DNA of 64,000 nt from Leucoraja ocellata (taxonomy: Eukaryota): positions 1,984,001-2,048,000 of the forward strand of contig JAWMAR010000030.1 in the NCBI GenBank assembly GCA_036785375.1. The letters run 5' to 3'. Below, in pieces: positions 50,313 through 63,369 of this stretch (positions within the stretch are counted from its first letter, which is position 1; each line of letters opens with the position of its first letter). The notes beneath the pieces were generated by a model, which worked only from the letters and a program-made list of their open reading frames with translations, made no database searches and was not told where the DNA came from. Both the position numbers and the translations under genes were made by a program.

Positions 50313-52199
50313 ATTTTACTTCATGTAACTTTTGGCAGTATCATATATTCATCTGTCCCATGTTATTTGTATAATTCTTTTATTGTGGCATTTGCTCAAC
50401 CTTTAATAAATGTTATGAGTTCTAGGTTATACTGCTTTATAAGTTTTGACTAGATCTATCTACCCTGATGGCTTCAGGCCAACCTCAGGGGAGAGGTGTA
50501 TGAGACATTACCTCTGGCAGATGTGGCCTCTGGGCAGACATCCATGTATGAAGCAGATGTTGATTCATCTAAGGCAATCTATTCACTAATGCTACGTTAC
50601 AAAACATATCCAATATCATTGGTTCCTATCATGAAAAAGACAGACTTGAATGTGTATTGTATAATCTCATCCCACAAAAGCACCACAAAACAATTAACGT
50701 GGCAGACTATAATTTGGAACACTGCAAGATCCGAATGAAACCCATGAGTCTGACTGCTTCCAAATGCCACATAAAGTGCAATTCTACTCAAATAAATCTT
50801 ACCTGATAATGTTCTTCAAATATGACTTGAACAAATTAAAAGCATTGCATTTTAGCAGTATTTAGCAAGCAATTAAGAATATAATGAACCGTGGGAAGGG
50901 GGATAAAAGCACTAGATTTATTACGGTCTTTGCTATACAGATATACTGGTGAACATGAATAAGACCCTAGTCTAGAGAGGAACACCACGACACCTCTTGC
51001 ATTTTCCAATGAACCCGCCTGCCACAAGCTAAGCCATGACAGTAGGTCAAGGGGCATAGCCATGAATGTAGGGTAAACTTTGGAACAAGTTGCAATTTAA
51101 AACCGATTAATTCCACAGTGCTGTAATCAAAATGCAGATATTTGCATATATTGGAAATAATTGCAGAAAAAATAGTGTGACCAAAACATCGAATCATTCA
51201 AGAGCAAATTAAAGGATGACAATCTTTACATAAAAGGCTTTGTGTATAAGAGTGTATAAGAATTATAACACTATAATTTTCAATTTATCTATTACAATGG
51301 CTAGAGGAAAGACAGGTTGTTGATTAAAATATTTAGGAGTGAAAGAACTTGGTTGACATGCATGACTGTATATCCTATAGATTGAAAGCAGGTATTACAT
51401 TTTTCCACATAAAATAATTGATGCTGTTCTCAAGCACCTGCCCATTGCCAATTCAAGGAGAACAAAAAGTGTCTTGAGAGCTGATGAAGTCTTTCTGATC
51501 AAAGATAGACACAAAATGCTGGAGTAACTCAGCGGGACAGGCAGCGTAGATGATGACCAGAATTCCCACAGATTCCTGCTAAATTGCAAATTGTGTCGTA
51601 ATTACGTAAAGATGGTTTAATATCTCATCTGAAACGCAGCACCTCAGACAAGGCAGCACTCTCTTTGCCAAGATTATGTGAACAATTCTATAGATTGCAG
51701 CCCCAATTCAGCAATAACTTACTGAATAAGAGATGAGCTTTCAACTCAGCACACGCTGACCAAAGTCATGCTGCTTACAAAACAGGGATGTGAAGTACAG
51801 ACTTCAAAATATATATCAAATAAAAAGAAAATAGAATACCATTCCACAAATTCCTTCTTAAAGAGATTTGTTTGACCTACTTATTTATCCTTCTTCCTGT
51901 GTTTACAATATCAGTAGGAGAACAGTTTGACTTATTTTGAAAGACTTAGAGCTTGATTTAGTATTTGAGTGTCATAAAAATGTCATGCAATCATCCTACC
52001 ATTAAATACTTGTCACAGTGACAGATGCTTTAATACCCAACTTAACCTCGCCAGCCTTTGCTCATTTATTATTCAGCTTTTCAATATTTAAGCTGTGTCA
52101 GCTGTCACAAGTGCAAAAATGAACAATGTAACACACAAGGCTGGTTTCCGAGCCATCGATTCCACTCATAAAGCCCAAATGTGTTTCTATTCCCAATAA

Positions 52200-52520
52200 C
52201 CTACTGTGGTCTTCAGGACTCCAAGCCCTTTGAACTCTTCCTCAGATTCTCAAATGTCCGAGTCGAAACAATATACCTTCCAATCCATCAGTGCTCCGAC
52301 CCAGAGATGCAAAGACAATGCCCAAGTGCCGTTTCCATCTACTTAGCCTGAACAATTTGACCTATAAATTCCAGGAAGCTCGAGAACTCCTTACTTTCTG
52401 ATTTTTCTGGTACAACTCCAGTGAAAGTTTTCGAAGTGCTGTTCTTCTTCTCATTCTGTCATTGATGGATGATTCTTCATCTGAACACCCAGATCTTTAA
52501 GCATTTCAACATCTTTCATA
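52200..52520 (-). mobile_element. Highly decayed RTE-like LINE RT fragment
   Basis: Minus strand VEMLKDLGV, then MRRRTALRK (compare FKYLGS..EIRRRIA.AK), with frameshifts. Confidence 0.4.
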
Positions 52521-52547
52521 TCAATTACCCTAGATCATATGATCCCA

Positions 52548-52832
52548 AGTCATAGGAGAAGAATTAGGCCATTCGGCCCATCATGATAGATCAGGGATAA
52601 TAGATCATAGATCATGATAGATCATGGATGATATATCTTCCTGTCTCAACCCTATTCCCCTGCCTTCTCCCCATAACCTTTGACATCCATATTAATTAAG
52701 AACCTGTCAATCTCTGCTTTAAAAATACCCAATAACTTGGCCTCCACGCCAACTGTGGCATTGAATTCCACAGATTCACCACCCTTTGACTAAATAAGTT
52801 TCTCCTCATCTCCTTTCTAAAGGTACGTCCTG
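52548..52832 (-). mobile_element. CR1 3' fragment
   Basis: CATAGGAGAAGAATTAGGCCATTCGGCCCATC..GAATTCCACAGATTCACCACCCT. Confidence 0.85.
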
Positions 52833-52996
52833 TTAGTTAATGAGAGAATGGTGTTAATTATAAAATGAAATTATAGCATGAAATTTCCAAGAACATTAAA
52901 TAGGCAAATGTGGTTAAAAGTTGCACACACACATTCTTGATTGTTCTTTCCATTGACATTTATGCTAGGTAAATAGAATTAGACAATAACTAAATA

Positions 52997-53214
52997 TAGA
53001 CACAAAATACTGGAGTAACTCAGCAGGACAGGCAGCATCTCTGGAGAGAAGGAATGGGTGACGTTTTGAGTCGAGACCTAAAGATCTGAAGAAGGGTCTC
53101 GACCCAAAATGTCACCCATTCATTCTCTCCAGATGCTGCCTGTCCCACTGAGTTACTCTAGCATATTGTGCCTACCTTTGGTGTAAACTGGCATCTGCAG
53201 CTCCTTCCTAGACA
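52997..53214. mobile_element. Palindromic hammerhead-family element
   Basis: Inverted arm 52997-53079, then CTGAAGAAGGGTCTCGACCCAAAATGTCACC..GCATCTGCAGCTCCTTCCTAGAC. Confidence 0.88.
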
Positions 53215-54792
53215 GCAACTAGATGGGCTGATGTGGTGCTGAAGAGTATGGTGTCTCCAGTATGACTCTATAGTATGACTGACACATTCTGATGATTGAT
53301 AATAGTTCCAGTATTATGGCTCCAAAACTGGGCATTCAAGAAAAATGCAAGGAACTATTAAATTTTACTGAGCTGTTATGAATGTATCTGATCACAGAAG
53401 AGTTATAAACACAAAGGTGTGTATAATGTTGGAGTTAATACAAATGTTGCCTCATGACTCCAGCGAGCTGTAGTTCGATACTAACTTCCGATGCCTTCTG
53501 TGAGGAGTCCACAGATGCTGCCTGACTTGCTGAGTCTCATTGCTATTTTCTATTTTTATTTCAGAGGTCCCTTAAATGTTTGCCAAAGATGATTTCCCTT
53601 TCAAAAATCTATATTGGCCATACCGAATTCTCTGAAATTCTCCCCACAGTTGAAAACAGGATTGTCAGAGATCAAACTCCACTCAGTTGCTTCAGTGTCT
53701 GTCAGTTACATATTAGAGCCCCGTCAATTGAGGAGGTCTGTCAGAGATTGCAGTGAATTTAAACTTTTGTAGATTGACACATGGGAAAGTCAACAATCTG
53801 TAGAACGACTTTCACAGAAAGTCTGCAAAGTACTATTGATGAATGGCCAACCAGCCAGAACGAGTGGCTGCTTCCACTTATAGGGGGAAATGGTCTTTTT
53901 CACACTTCATTCCAGATAATTTAACAAGCTCATGGCCTAATGAGGAATGCAACACTGCAAGTGAGCCATCAGCAAGTTCTTTACTCGCCTGCATAATGTG
54001 TTACCATGACAATGTGAACATTACATCATTGTAAAGTGCAGCTTCATTACCAGCTATAAAGTTCAGAACGTGGAGGCCCATCAAATGGCAGCTTAGAATG
54101 GTTAGCAGCAATTAATCATGATAAGATTCTTCTTCGCTAGCTTTGCCAACATTAAAAATTGCAATTATAACCAGAGAGCCAGAAAATAAATGCATCTAAA
54201 TTATATTCAATGTGTCGAACAGTTATGATATGTGCAATACATGAACTAAATTCCAAAATAATGCAGCTTTTAATATTCTCGCATGGGACCTGGGTGAGGC
54301 CCTCATGAGCAGCTTTTGCCCTAAGTTTCCTTGAGAAAGTAGTGGTAACTACAATGAACTACTGGGACTCTACACAGGACGTTCCATGATTTAAACTGAA
54401 CAATGATGAATGAATGGTACTGATACATTTCCAAGTCTAAGATGTGTGATTTGTCAATCAAGGCCAATTGTACTTATATATCGTGGAGAAAGTATGAATT
54501 AAATTGATGTGGACATTGGTTGATCTGGGTGGTGGTAAGTCCTCATTTGAACATGAGATGGTTGATGGCAAATCTTATATCAAGAGAATAGGGGATGGTT
54601 GGGGATTGGAAATATGATTCTTCTGAGTCAAGTGGCTCAACCTGCGAAGGTTGTAAATATTTGCATATAGTTTGATGATTATGTGGCACAAAACATGGTA
54701 TTTCGCTTTTCTAATTTAAATTATTGATATGTTATTGCATGCAAATTGGCAGCATAAAGCTGCAATCAACAAAGAACACACAGAGAAATGAT

Positions 54793-55036
54793 AGGTAGAC
54801 ACAAATGCTGGAGAATCTCAGCGGGTGAGGCAGCATTTATGGAGCGAAGAAATAGGTCACATTTCGGGTCGAGACCCTTCTTCAGAAATGATACGTCAAA
54901 GATAGATGTACCTCAATTCCATCTTATCCCCCCCCCTGGTCCAATCTCTCCCGACCTATGTCCAAGATACCTCATATGCCCTTCGTCTCTTTAACGACTT
55001 CCACTTTCCGAGCCCCCACTCCCTCCTCTTTACTAT
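54793..55036. mobile_element. Penelope-like element: inverted terminal repeat joined to an RT fragment
   Basis: 54793-54886 is an inverted hammerhead-family arm; 54909-55036 translates YLNSILSPPLVQSLPTYVQDTSYALRLFNDFHFPSPHSLLFT, matching Penelope RT just upstream of the DV.SLYT motif. Confidence 0.85.
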
Positions 55037-55449
55037 TTATACCGACACACAAAATGATGGTTATAGTGGAGGCAAGGATATTAACGAGCAAACAATTAAG
55101 AAGTCCTCATTCTGGATCTTTAATATACAGGGTATAAACAAAAAAATCTACGAAGCTATATCATCCTCTGAAAGGAGACACAAACTAAAAAAGTCAAACT
55201 TTAAGGTCAACCTTATGAGGTACAATTCAACACCATTTTTGCTGAATTGTTGGTACTTTCATCAATTTCAAATGATCTTTAGTCTTGTTATTCATGGTTA
55301 TTAAAATACCTACAAATACTGTTAACTGGAAATAGCAACAACATGTTAAAAATGCACATATATGTCCCACAGCATTATAAGCGAAATATGAGTTGTGTTT
55401 CAATAGATTTCAACACAAGGCATTAACACAGTAACTGCTTATTCACTAC

Positions 55450-56125
55450 AGGATGGTAACTGGATTAGTAATCCAATGATCTGGGGACATAATTCCAATC
55501 CTACTGCAGGAGCTTTGCAGTTTGAATCCAGTTAATTTATTTAATACTGTATTAACAAGATGAAAACTAGAAAATACTGGACATACTCAGCAGGTCAGGC
55601 CACATCTGAGGAAAAGGAAATAGAGTTAATGTTTCAATACTAACAAAGTGTTTTCTATCCGAGATGTTAATTCGGATTCTCTTCCCACAAATAGGGCCTG
55701 ACCTGCTGACTATTTACATCAGTCTGAAGAAGGGTTTCGGCCCACAACGTTGCCTATTTCCATTGCTCCATAGATGCTGCTGCACCCGCTGAGCTTCTCC
55801 AGCACTTTTGTCTACCTTTGATTTTCCAGCATCTGCAGTTCCTTCCTAAACACTATTTCCAACATCTTCTGTTAAAAAGATGATATCAAGTATGGATACC
55901 CATGAAAACATAAGAATATCATAAAATCATATCTGGTTCATAAATGCACTTTACATCTACTATTGTAATTATCAGGTCATACTTGCATGACACTAAGCCT
56001 ATAGCAAAATATTGACTTTGAATACCTTTGAAATGACCTCACAAGTCACTCAATTATAAGAAAATTAGGGATGGACAAAAATGCTGGGCTTCAAAGTGAT
56101 ATCCAAATCTCACGAATGAATCAAC
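55450..56125 (+). mobile_element. Old tRNA-SINE containing an old hammerhead-family palindrome (about 55565-55875), which itself contains a young copy (55719-55851)
   Basis: SINE head CTGGATTAGTAATCCA..; young insert TCAGTCTGAAGAAGGGTTTCGGCCC..TTCCTTCCTAAAC is flanked by ACTATTT on both sides. Confidence 0.72.
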
Positions 56126-56945
56126 ATGTTGCCAGCAGCCTTTATGCATCGTATACATTTCCCAAGTAGCACAAACTACATTGTACTTTGCAGTTAACTA
56201 AATGCCCATTAATGCAGAACATTATGAAATATTACTGAGATAAGTACTGATTATTGATGTTGATAAAAGCAAAGAAGGGCTTAGTGATTCTGGCAGATTT
56301 AAGAAGATTAAACCCAAGAAAGAGTATAATATCGAAACAATTATTTTTTAGGTTCACATCTTGCACTTTGCGGGATGCTGCAGAAGTTGTTGGAATCTGG
56401 TTTAAATGGAATTAAGATATTGCATATTCGTTCAGTACTCCTATGTCCCCACTCACATCAATCTGCGGATTCAAAGGTAACATATCACGCTAAGATCCAG
56501 TTATTAAATTACTGGGACTATGCTCCTGTTATCAATTACCACAGCAGAGCTAACATGTCCCATTGTCATCACAGACTGCATCAATCAGTTTTGGCCTTTT
56601 GTGTCAATATCCCTCAATTTCAAAGACCGGAGATGCATAATATCAGTGTAATCTCTGAAGGACACATTTCCTGGGCAAACAATGACAACCAGTCTGGTTC
56701 TGTGTTCAACAAAAGATGAGGAGAAGTCCTGGCCTTTATAAATCATTGATAACCGAGTCACAGATTGCCACATGGAGTCCCTCCAATAAGTACTCGGTGT
56801 GGAAGAGCTGCCAAGAAGCTGCCTGAAAGCAATGGGTAATTCAAAATCTAAAGAGGAGGGTGAATTGATGAATTATATGCAGGGTAAATTATAATTGAAG
56901 CATTTAGGAACAGATATCTCAAGGGAAAGAGAGAGCAAAAGTAGA

Positions 56946-57650
56946 AGAACATAGAACAAAGAATAGTACAAAGCAGGAACATGCCCTTTGGCCCAGAATG
57001 TCTGTGGCCACACATGATGCCAAGACCCTCTCTTATCTACCTACTATAATCTATATACCTGCATATTCATAGGCCTGTGTAAAAGTTTCTTGAAGGCCTC
57101 TGTCATACCTGCCTCAACCACAAATCCCAGAAGCATGTTTCAGGCACTCACAACCCTCTGTGTAAAAATCTTGCCCCGCACATCTCCTTCAAACTTTGTC
57201 CCTCCCACCTTAAAGCTATGCCGTCAAGTATATGACTTGTTCCATCCTGGGAAAAAGGTTCTGACTGTCTACCCTATTTATGCCTCTCATGATTTTACGG
57301 ACTTCTATCAGACCTCCCCGCAACCTCTGGCATTCCAGAGAAAATAATCCAAATCTGTCCAACCTCTCCCTGTAGCTAATACCCCTAATCCAGGCATCAT
57401 TCTGGTAAACCTCTTCTGCACTCTTTCCAAAGCTTCAAACCACTCCTGTAATGGGACGACCAGAAATGTGCGCAATATTCTAAATGCAACCTAACCAAAG
57501 TCCTATAAAACTGCATTATGTATTCTGGACTCTTATACAGTAATCAACGCCCTGACCAATGAAAGGAAGAATACCATACGCCTTTTTTTTTAAAACTCTA
57601 TTTGTTTTGCCACTCTCAGGAAATTATAGACGGAGCCCAAGATCCCTCTA
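56946..57650 (-). mobile_element. CR1 LINE RT/3' fragment
   Basis: Reverse tail AGAACATAGAAC..CAGGAACATGCCCTTTGGCCC; typical CR1 body CCAGGCATCATTCTGGTAAACCTCTTCTGCAC. Confidence 0.9.
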
Positions 57651-57696
57651 CAAAATCAAAGGGAATCATAACAAATACACATAGACTTCAATATAT

Positions 57697-57962
57697 TGGG
57701 GCCGTACCAAACGTGGTGAACAAACAGTTACTTTATTCAGGTGTTACATGTATGTTTGGTCCACTAACATAATTGTCATTGCTGCTGTAGCTGAGCGAGG
57801 GTGTTGTCTCGAGCTCAGCTACCTGTTGACTGGGGTTGATCTCAAGGTGAGATATGCTTATGTAGCAGGACACTCCCCTTAGCCCCTGACATCACGTGAC
57901 AGCCTTCGTAACTACTGACGAGGGTTCGACCATAAGTGGTCTGTGTATCAGCTGACGCCACA
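57697..57962 (-). mobile_element. Probable solo LTR (Gypsy-like)
   Basis: TG..CA termini (TGGGGC / GCCACA), ATAT on both flanks, AATAAA on the minus strand near 57732, CpG-richer than the flanks. Confidence 0.6.
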
Positions 57963-58750
57963 ATATCTACAATACTCCACACAAAATAGATAATCCGAAA
58001 GATGGGTTTCTTACATGGATGCTCTCAGGGATGATCAGGGTCTAATAGACCCGGATTATTTTAAAATGAGGCTGAGCAGAAGCTGAAATAGAAACAGAAA
58101 ATCCTGCAAAATACCTTAGCAGGTCAGGCAGCATCTATGGAGACCTCATTAATTCCACAAATCAACAAAACATTTTTTTTGTCTTCTCTCTTTACTGTCT
58201 GCTTGCACCGTTAAGTATTTTCTGCTTTTTTAAAAATTTATTTTAGACTTCCAACATCTGCAGTTTTTTGCTTCTTACAGTAGCAAGTGTTCCCGTGCAG
58301 CACTTACTCACTGCCCAGAATGTGAATAATATTTTCAGTCATAGTGGAAATAATTGGGTAATTATTCCCAGCAAGCAAGTCTGGCAGCTTCACTATGCAT
58401 GTCCCAGATTGATTCTTTGCATTAGATCTGTACGTGACCATCCTCCCATCACATTTATTCAGCAAAATTATCCCTTTTATTTATTAAGAGAAGTTTCAGC
58501 CGTTCATTATTAACTTGTGTTTACTTCTCTCTTTAAGTAAATTCTCTTTTCCAATAGACCATTTGTCCAAAGCCCTGCCCAACCCCAACTCACTAGCTGA
58601 CCGTGTTATCGTTGTCACTCTTACATATATTTGAGGATGATAGAACGACTGATACTGTTAAAGATATCTCATACATCCATAAAATACATGACAATATATA
58701 AATCCACAAAAATGAGCTGCAATATTTCTGAGAAATAAAAGTGGCTCAGA

Positions 58751-59036
58751 TTAGAGATACAGCATGAAAACAAGCCCTTCAGCCGGCTGAGTCCACACCA
58801 ACCAACAATCACTTGCATACACTATCCTACACACACTGGAGACAACTTACAGAAGCCAATTTACCTACAAACCAGCACGTCTTTGGAATATAGGAGAAAA
58901 CCAGAGCACCCGGAGAAAACTAATGTGTTCACAGGGAGACCGTACAAACTCCATACAGACAGCACCCGTATTCAGGATCTAACCCGGGTTTCCGGCACTG
59001 TAAGGCAGTAACTTTATCGCAGCGCCATTGTTCCGC
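58751..59036 (-). mobile_element. HE1-type SINE
   Basis: Reverse complement of the HE1 consensus including the tRNA-like head. Confidence 0.9.
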
Positions 59037-60547
59037 ATTAATGCAAGTTTTAAACAAACTGGAAGTTCATTTAACTGGGGCTTTATACTATTAACTGGTT
59101 TAAAGTTCTCATCCCTACTTATTCACTAGTTACCTTAAATAATTCCTGATTATAAAACAATATGGGTATCATATGTATTGTTCTTCCATCATCATTGTAA
59201 ATGTAATCATTATTAACCAAAAATTATTCAAAAGTAAAACTTCAAATTGTATAGGGACACCTCATACAAACCCACAGCAGACTCGACCTCCTCAATATCA
59301 CCCATTTATCCTCCAATTAGAGTACAACATAAGTTATTCTCCAACATTCATAAATAAAGTTCACTCAACTTCCATCTCAAGAAAGAGACAATAAAAAGAC
59401 TGAGGCCATTTGAAACATGAGCTCTGAACACTTACTTTAGAATTATTTACACGTAAAACAACTGAAAAGGTCGTGAAGGTCATACTGTGCATGGAACTAA
59501 CACATTTGTAACATGAATTTTGAAATATTAGAGAGAATGATTGCTTAACAAAAGCTGTGGGGGTTAAGAAGAACAGACACGGCAAGAATTTTGCAACCCA
59601 ATGAGCGTACTGTATTTAAAAATATCAGCACGGTGGGGCATTGGTAAAGCAGCTTTCAGTTCAGCTAAAAATATGAGGACTTAGATTTGGTTAAATGATG
59701 CACATGGGAAATGACAGAGATATAAATGGAGATTAGACTGCTCACAACATGTGGCTCTGGATGCAAGAAGTAAGGAAAGCTGCAGATTCTCCACAAAGCC
59801 CAAGCATAGTTCATGACAGCAGGGAATGGTAATTCAAGTTCAATTTTTAATTTCCTTTCGTTCCTATGCTTGAACATCACACGTGTGAAGACCAAGACCA
59901 AGTTGATTAGTTTCCACTTTGTGTGCTCTGTGCAAAGTGCAAGAGTAAAATTGGAGTCATTCTCAGCATTTGATCTTAACATGGATAAAATCGTCAGGTG
60001 CAAAACAAGGCTCTGAACCCTTAGGGAAAAGATTATGAACTAGGTATGCGGGTAGCACTTTGGAACATAAGAGTATTCCACAAATCTTTCAGATCAGGGG
60101 TGAGAGTATACTTATATATTTTATCAACTTTGACCGAACCTAATGAACTCCAAGTCATTCCCTGGCATGTGCGTTGCTGCACTTCTACGCATACTCACGT
60201 ATATAGCTATTGACAGGTGCTTGGTCTGTGATGTAGCTGCACAAGAGGTTGCTTATTAATTCATCGCTTGAAGTGCTGTGTACCCAGATTGAGTAATGAC
60301 CAAACTCTCCATATGAGTCATAATAACTATTAAAAGAAAAAACAATTAAAATTAGCATCTCATGCAAGGAAAGCATTGTTATACTTTACAGAATCCAGGC
60401 AAGTTAGTATGATGATACATGTCAGAGTTCAAAGTTTTATCAACTTTAAGATCTTGAATGGCCTTGCTCTGTTGTGAATGTCAGCTCTTACAAGAAAGTA
60501 AAACAAACAATAAACATATACATTTACAAGCATGCAATAGGTGTTCC

Positions 60548-60664
60548 AATTAAGTGTAAAATTGTCCCTAGTGTGTGTAGGGTAGTGTTAATACGCGGAG
60601 ATCCCTGGTCGGTGCAGACTCGAAGGGCCTGTTTCTGCGCTCTATCTCTAAACTAAACTAAACT
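60548..60664 (+). mobile_element. HE1-type SINE 3' fragment
   Basis: AAATTGTCCCTAGTGTGTGTAGG..GAAGGGCCTGTTTCTGCGCTCTATCTCTAAACTAAACTAAACT. Confidence 0.88.
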
Positions 60665-61114
60665 GCACATTAGACAAATTTGTAGGACAGGGCTTCCCAA
60701 CCTTGAGGAGGTGACTCAACGCAAGTTAAAAGCATCAGATAATGTATTAGTTTGATATTTTTCCATTTGCCAAGGTAAATAATTTAGTGTAGAATAGTAC
60801 GCCGATCTTATAGTTAATCTACGCTAATCCCATTTTCCCCACATAAAGTCCAAACCCTTCTATGCCTTGCCTTTTTAAGTATTTGTCTAATTGTCTCTTG
60901 ACTGTGCCCTACTCCACCACCTTCTTTGGTTGCGAGCTCCAATTCATTCTCTGTGTAAAGAAATTTCCCTGTAAAACCCCGCACCGTACCTCTCCTCCTT
61001 CCTCTCAACTTAAACCTATCCCCTCGTACTTTTGATGCAATCAGCACAGCAGTATTTAATTATTCAACATAGATTAATGTCAGGTTTACAGGTAGTGAAG
61101 AAAACATGATTATT

Positions 61115-61485
61115 AATATGATAGGAAACTGAATATGGAAGTTGGGATGTTATGTGGCCACTTTACAAAACACTGGTTAGACCACACTAAAAGACGGGGT
61201 TGCACTGGAGAGAGAACAGAGGAGATTCACTAGGATGTTGCCTTGTTGGAAGGAATTTAGTTACGGGGAGAGCTATGATAGGTTGGGGGTGTTTTCCTAG
61301 TGCAAAGGAGACTGAGAGGTGATCTGATGGTGGTAGATACAATTATATAAATAGACTAATCAGAATCTTTTTCCCATGGTATGAGTTTAAAAGATGAGCG
61401 TAATGCAGGTAAATGAGATGATTATAGATAGGCAAAAACCTTGGCATGGACCTGTTGGGCTGAAGGTCCTACTTCTGCGCTGCAA
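61115..61485 (+). mobile_element. Old CR1 3' fragment
   Basis: LYKTLVRPH..ALEREQRRFTRMLP. Confidence 0.8.
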
Positions 61486-61551
61486 TACTGAGTTTTTACA
61501 TCAATCTTGTGTCAACAGCATGATGCCCATGAGCAGATATTGTGTCATATA

Positions 61552-61814
61552 TCAAGTCAAGTCAAGTTTATTTGTCACATACACATACGAGATGTGCAGT
61601 GAAATGAAAGTGGCTCGCGGACTTTTGTGCAAAAAGACAAATAACCAAACAAATTATAAACACAATCATAACACACATATTTTTTTACATAATAAATAAT
61701 AGAAGGAAAAACGTTCAGTAGAGTTAGTCCCTGGTGAGATAGGCGTTTACAGTCCGAATGGCCTCTGGGAAGAAACTCCTTCTCAACCTCTCTGTTTTCA
61801 CCGCATGACAACGG
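61552..61814 (-). mobile_element. Rex1/Babar LINE 3' end with (CTTGA)n tail
   Basis: TCAAGTCAAGTCAAGTTTATTTGTCAC; ORF end ..RLRRSFFPEAIRTVN on the minus strand. Confidence 0.8.
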
Positions 61815-63094
61815 TATCTATGTCATGTTGGCTACATCATTTTGGGTTGCAATAGTACGGGGCACCGGGAGTAATCTAGAGATTACTATCCTTGAGGTCC
61901 TACGTTTTACTCTTCTGCCTAACTGTCCATATTCGCTTCGCAAGACCTCACCCCTTTTCCTACGTAATTTGTGCCAATGTGCACAACAATTTCCGGCTGC
62001 TCACACTCACTCATGAGAAGGTTCTACATCCGCTCAGAGACATCCTGCACGCAGGCATCAGATGCACATCTCTGACACAAAATTTCAAACCGGCATTTTT
62101 TTATGACCAAAAATTTGTTTCTGGGGGAAAGTTTCAGGAGCAAGAATTTTAAGGAAGCAGGCCATGGATAATTGACATTCACTCACCACCTGATCGAATA
62201 ATGCATGAACATTGAGACTGCAATTGCTGTAGTGTGGCAGTTGCTATGCACCATCCTTGTTTGGCACACAGAAAGATTTCGCTAACATCGGTAAAATCGT
62301 TGATTTACTCTTTTGGTGATATTGATTAAAAGGAAAATGTTATACAACCCCCTGTTTTTTCACAAATACTGCGATGAGAGATAACAGCCCAATAGTGGTG
62401 GCAGAAAGGAGGCAAGTTTTCAAGGCACTTAATAGATTTTTAAAAAACAGTATTCTAGGGAATCAACTTTTACCACTGAAAGTAATTAGTAGATTGAAGG
62501 TTTGCTGGGGCTTGACAAATCATGAATGTGGTCTCTTGGGGAAACTTACACTGAGGGTGTAAGAACCAACACTTGGAACGGGAGGACTGGTACAATGGGA
62601 GAGTGAAATTAAAAGGACTGCGCAGTTACTTTCTCCTAAATACCTGAATAGGTAATCAGGGCTTCAGTTTATGATCTAATCTGTAGTCTGCATCCTGAAC
62701 AATCCTCTGGAACTGGAGTATTGACTGAGAATCTGAGCCAAACCTCCTACAAACTTCTGGCCTATGTCCCCGGAGTCCGGCAAATAAACCCAGCTGACAG
62801 TCAGAAATTAAAATTACCACAAAGTGCCTGCCTTCTTATTGCTTATACCCACAGGAAATAAAAATATTTAAAAGCTTTCCTGAAAAAAACCCATAACAAA
62901 TCATCAAAATAAAAAAGGGGCCTTTATTGATACATTAGTTTGATACAGTGAAAAGGTATAACTGCAGCACCAGCAAATTTTATTCGATGTTTGTCATCTA
63001 ATAAGTTGAGCAAAGCGGTCCAAATATTCAAGAGCTCTCAGATGAAAATTATGCTTTGGAAACTCTCCAAAAACAGTTATTACAAAAGTCTAGT

Positions 63095-63268
63095 AAGGAA
63101 CTGCAGATGCTGGTTTACACCGAAGAGAGACACAAAAGCTGGAGTAACACAGCGGCTCAGGCAGCATCTCTGGATAGAAGGAATGGGTGAGGTTTCAGGT
63201 TGAGACCCTTCTTCAGAGTCTCGACCCCAAACGTCATCCATTCCTTCCAAACAGAGATGCTGTCTGTC
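63095..63268. mobile_element. Palindromic hammerhead-family element
   Basis: Arms joined at about 63218; flanks TATTACAAAAGTCTAGT (63078-63094) / TATGACAAAAGTCTGGT (63269-63285). Confidence 0.85.
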
Positions 63269-63369
63269 TATGACAAAAGTCTGGTGGACTTATACTCGTG
63301 CTATTTCAGGCTGCAACTCAGTGCCACTCAGCTTCAAATTCTTATCACCTGTAAACGTGGATGCAGTTT

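Noticed and set aside
52395-52495. Exon-like SDEESSINDRMRRRTALRKLSLELYQKNQK|GTAAGG on the minus strand
   Set aside because: No pyrimidine tract at the acceptor, and neighbouring frames carry decayed RTE-like RT motifs
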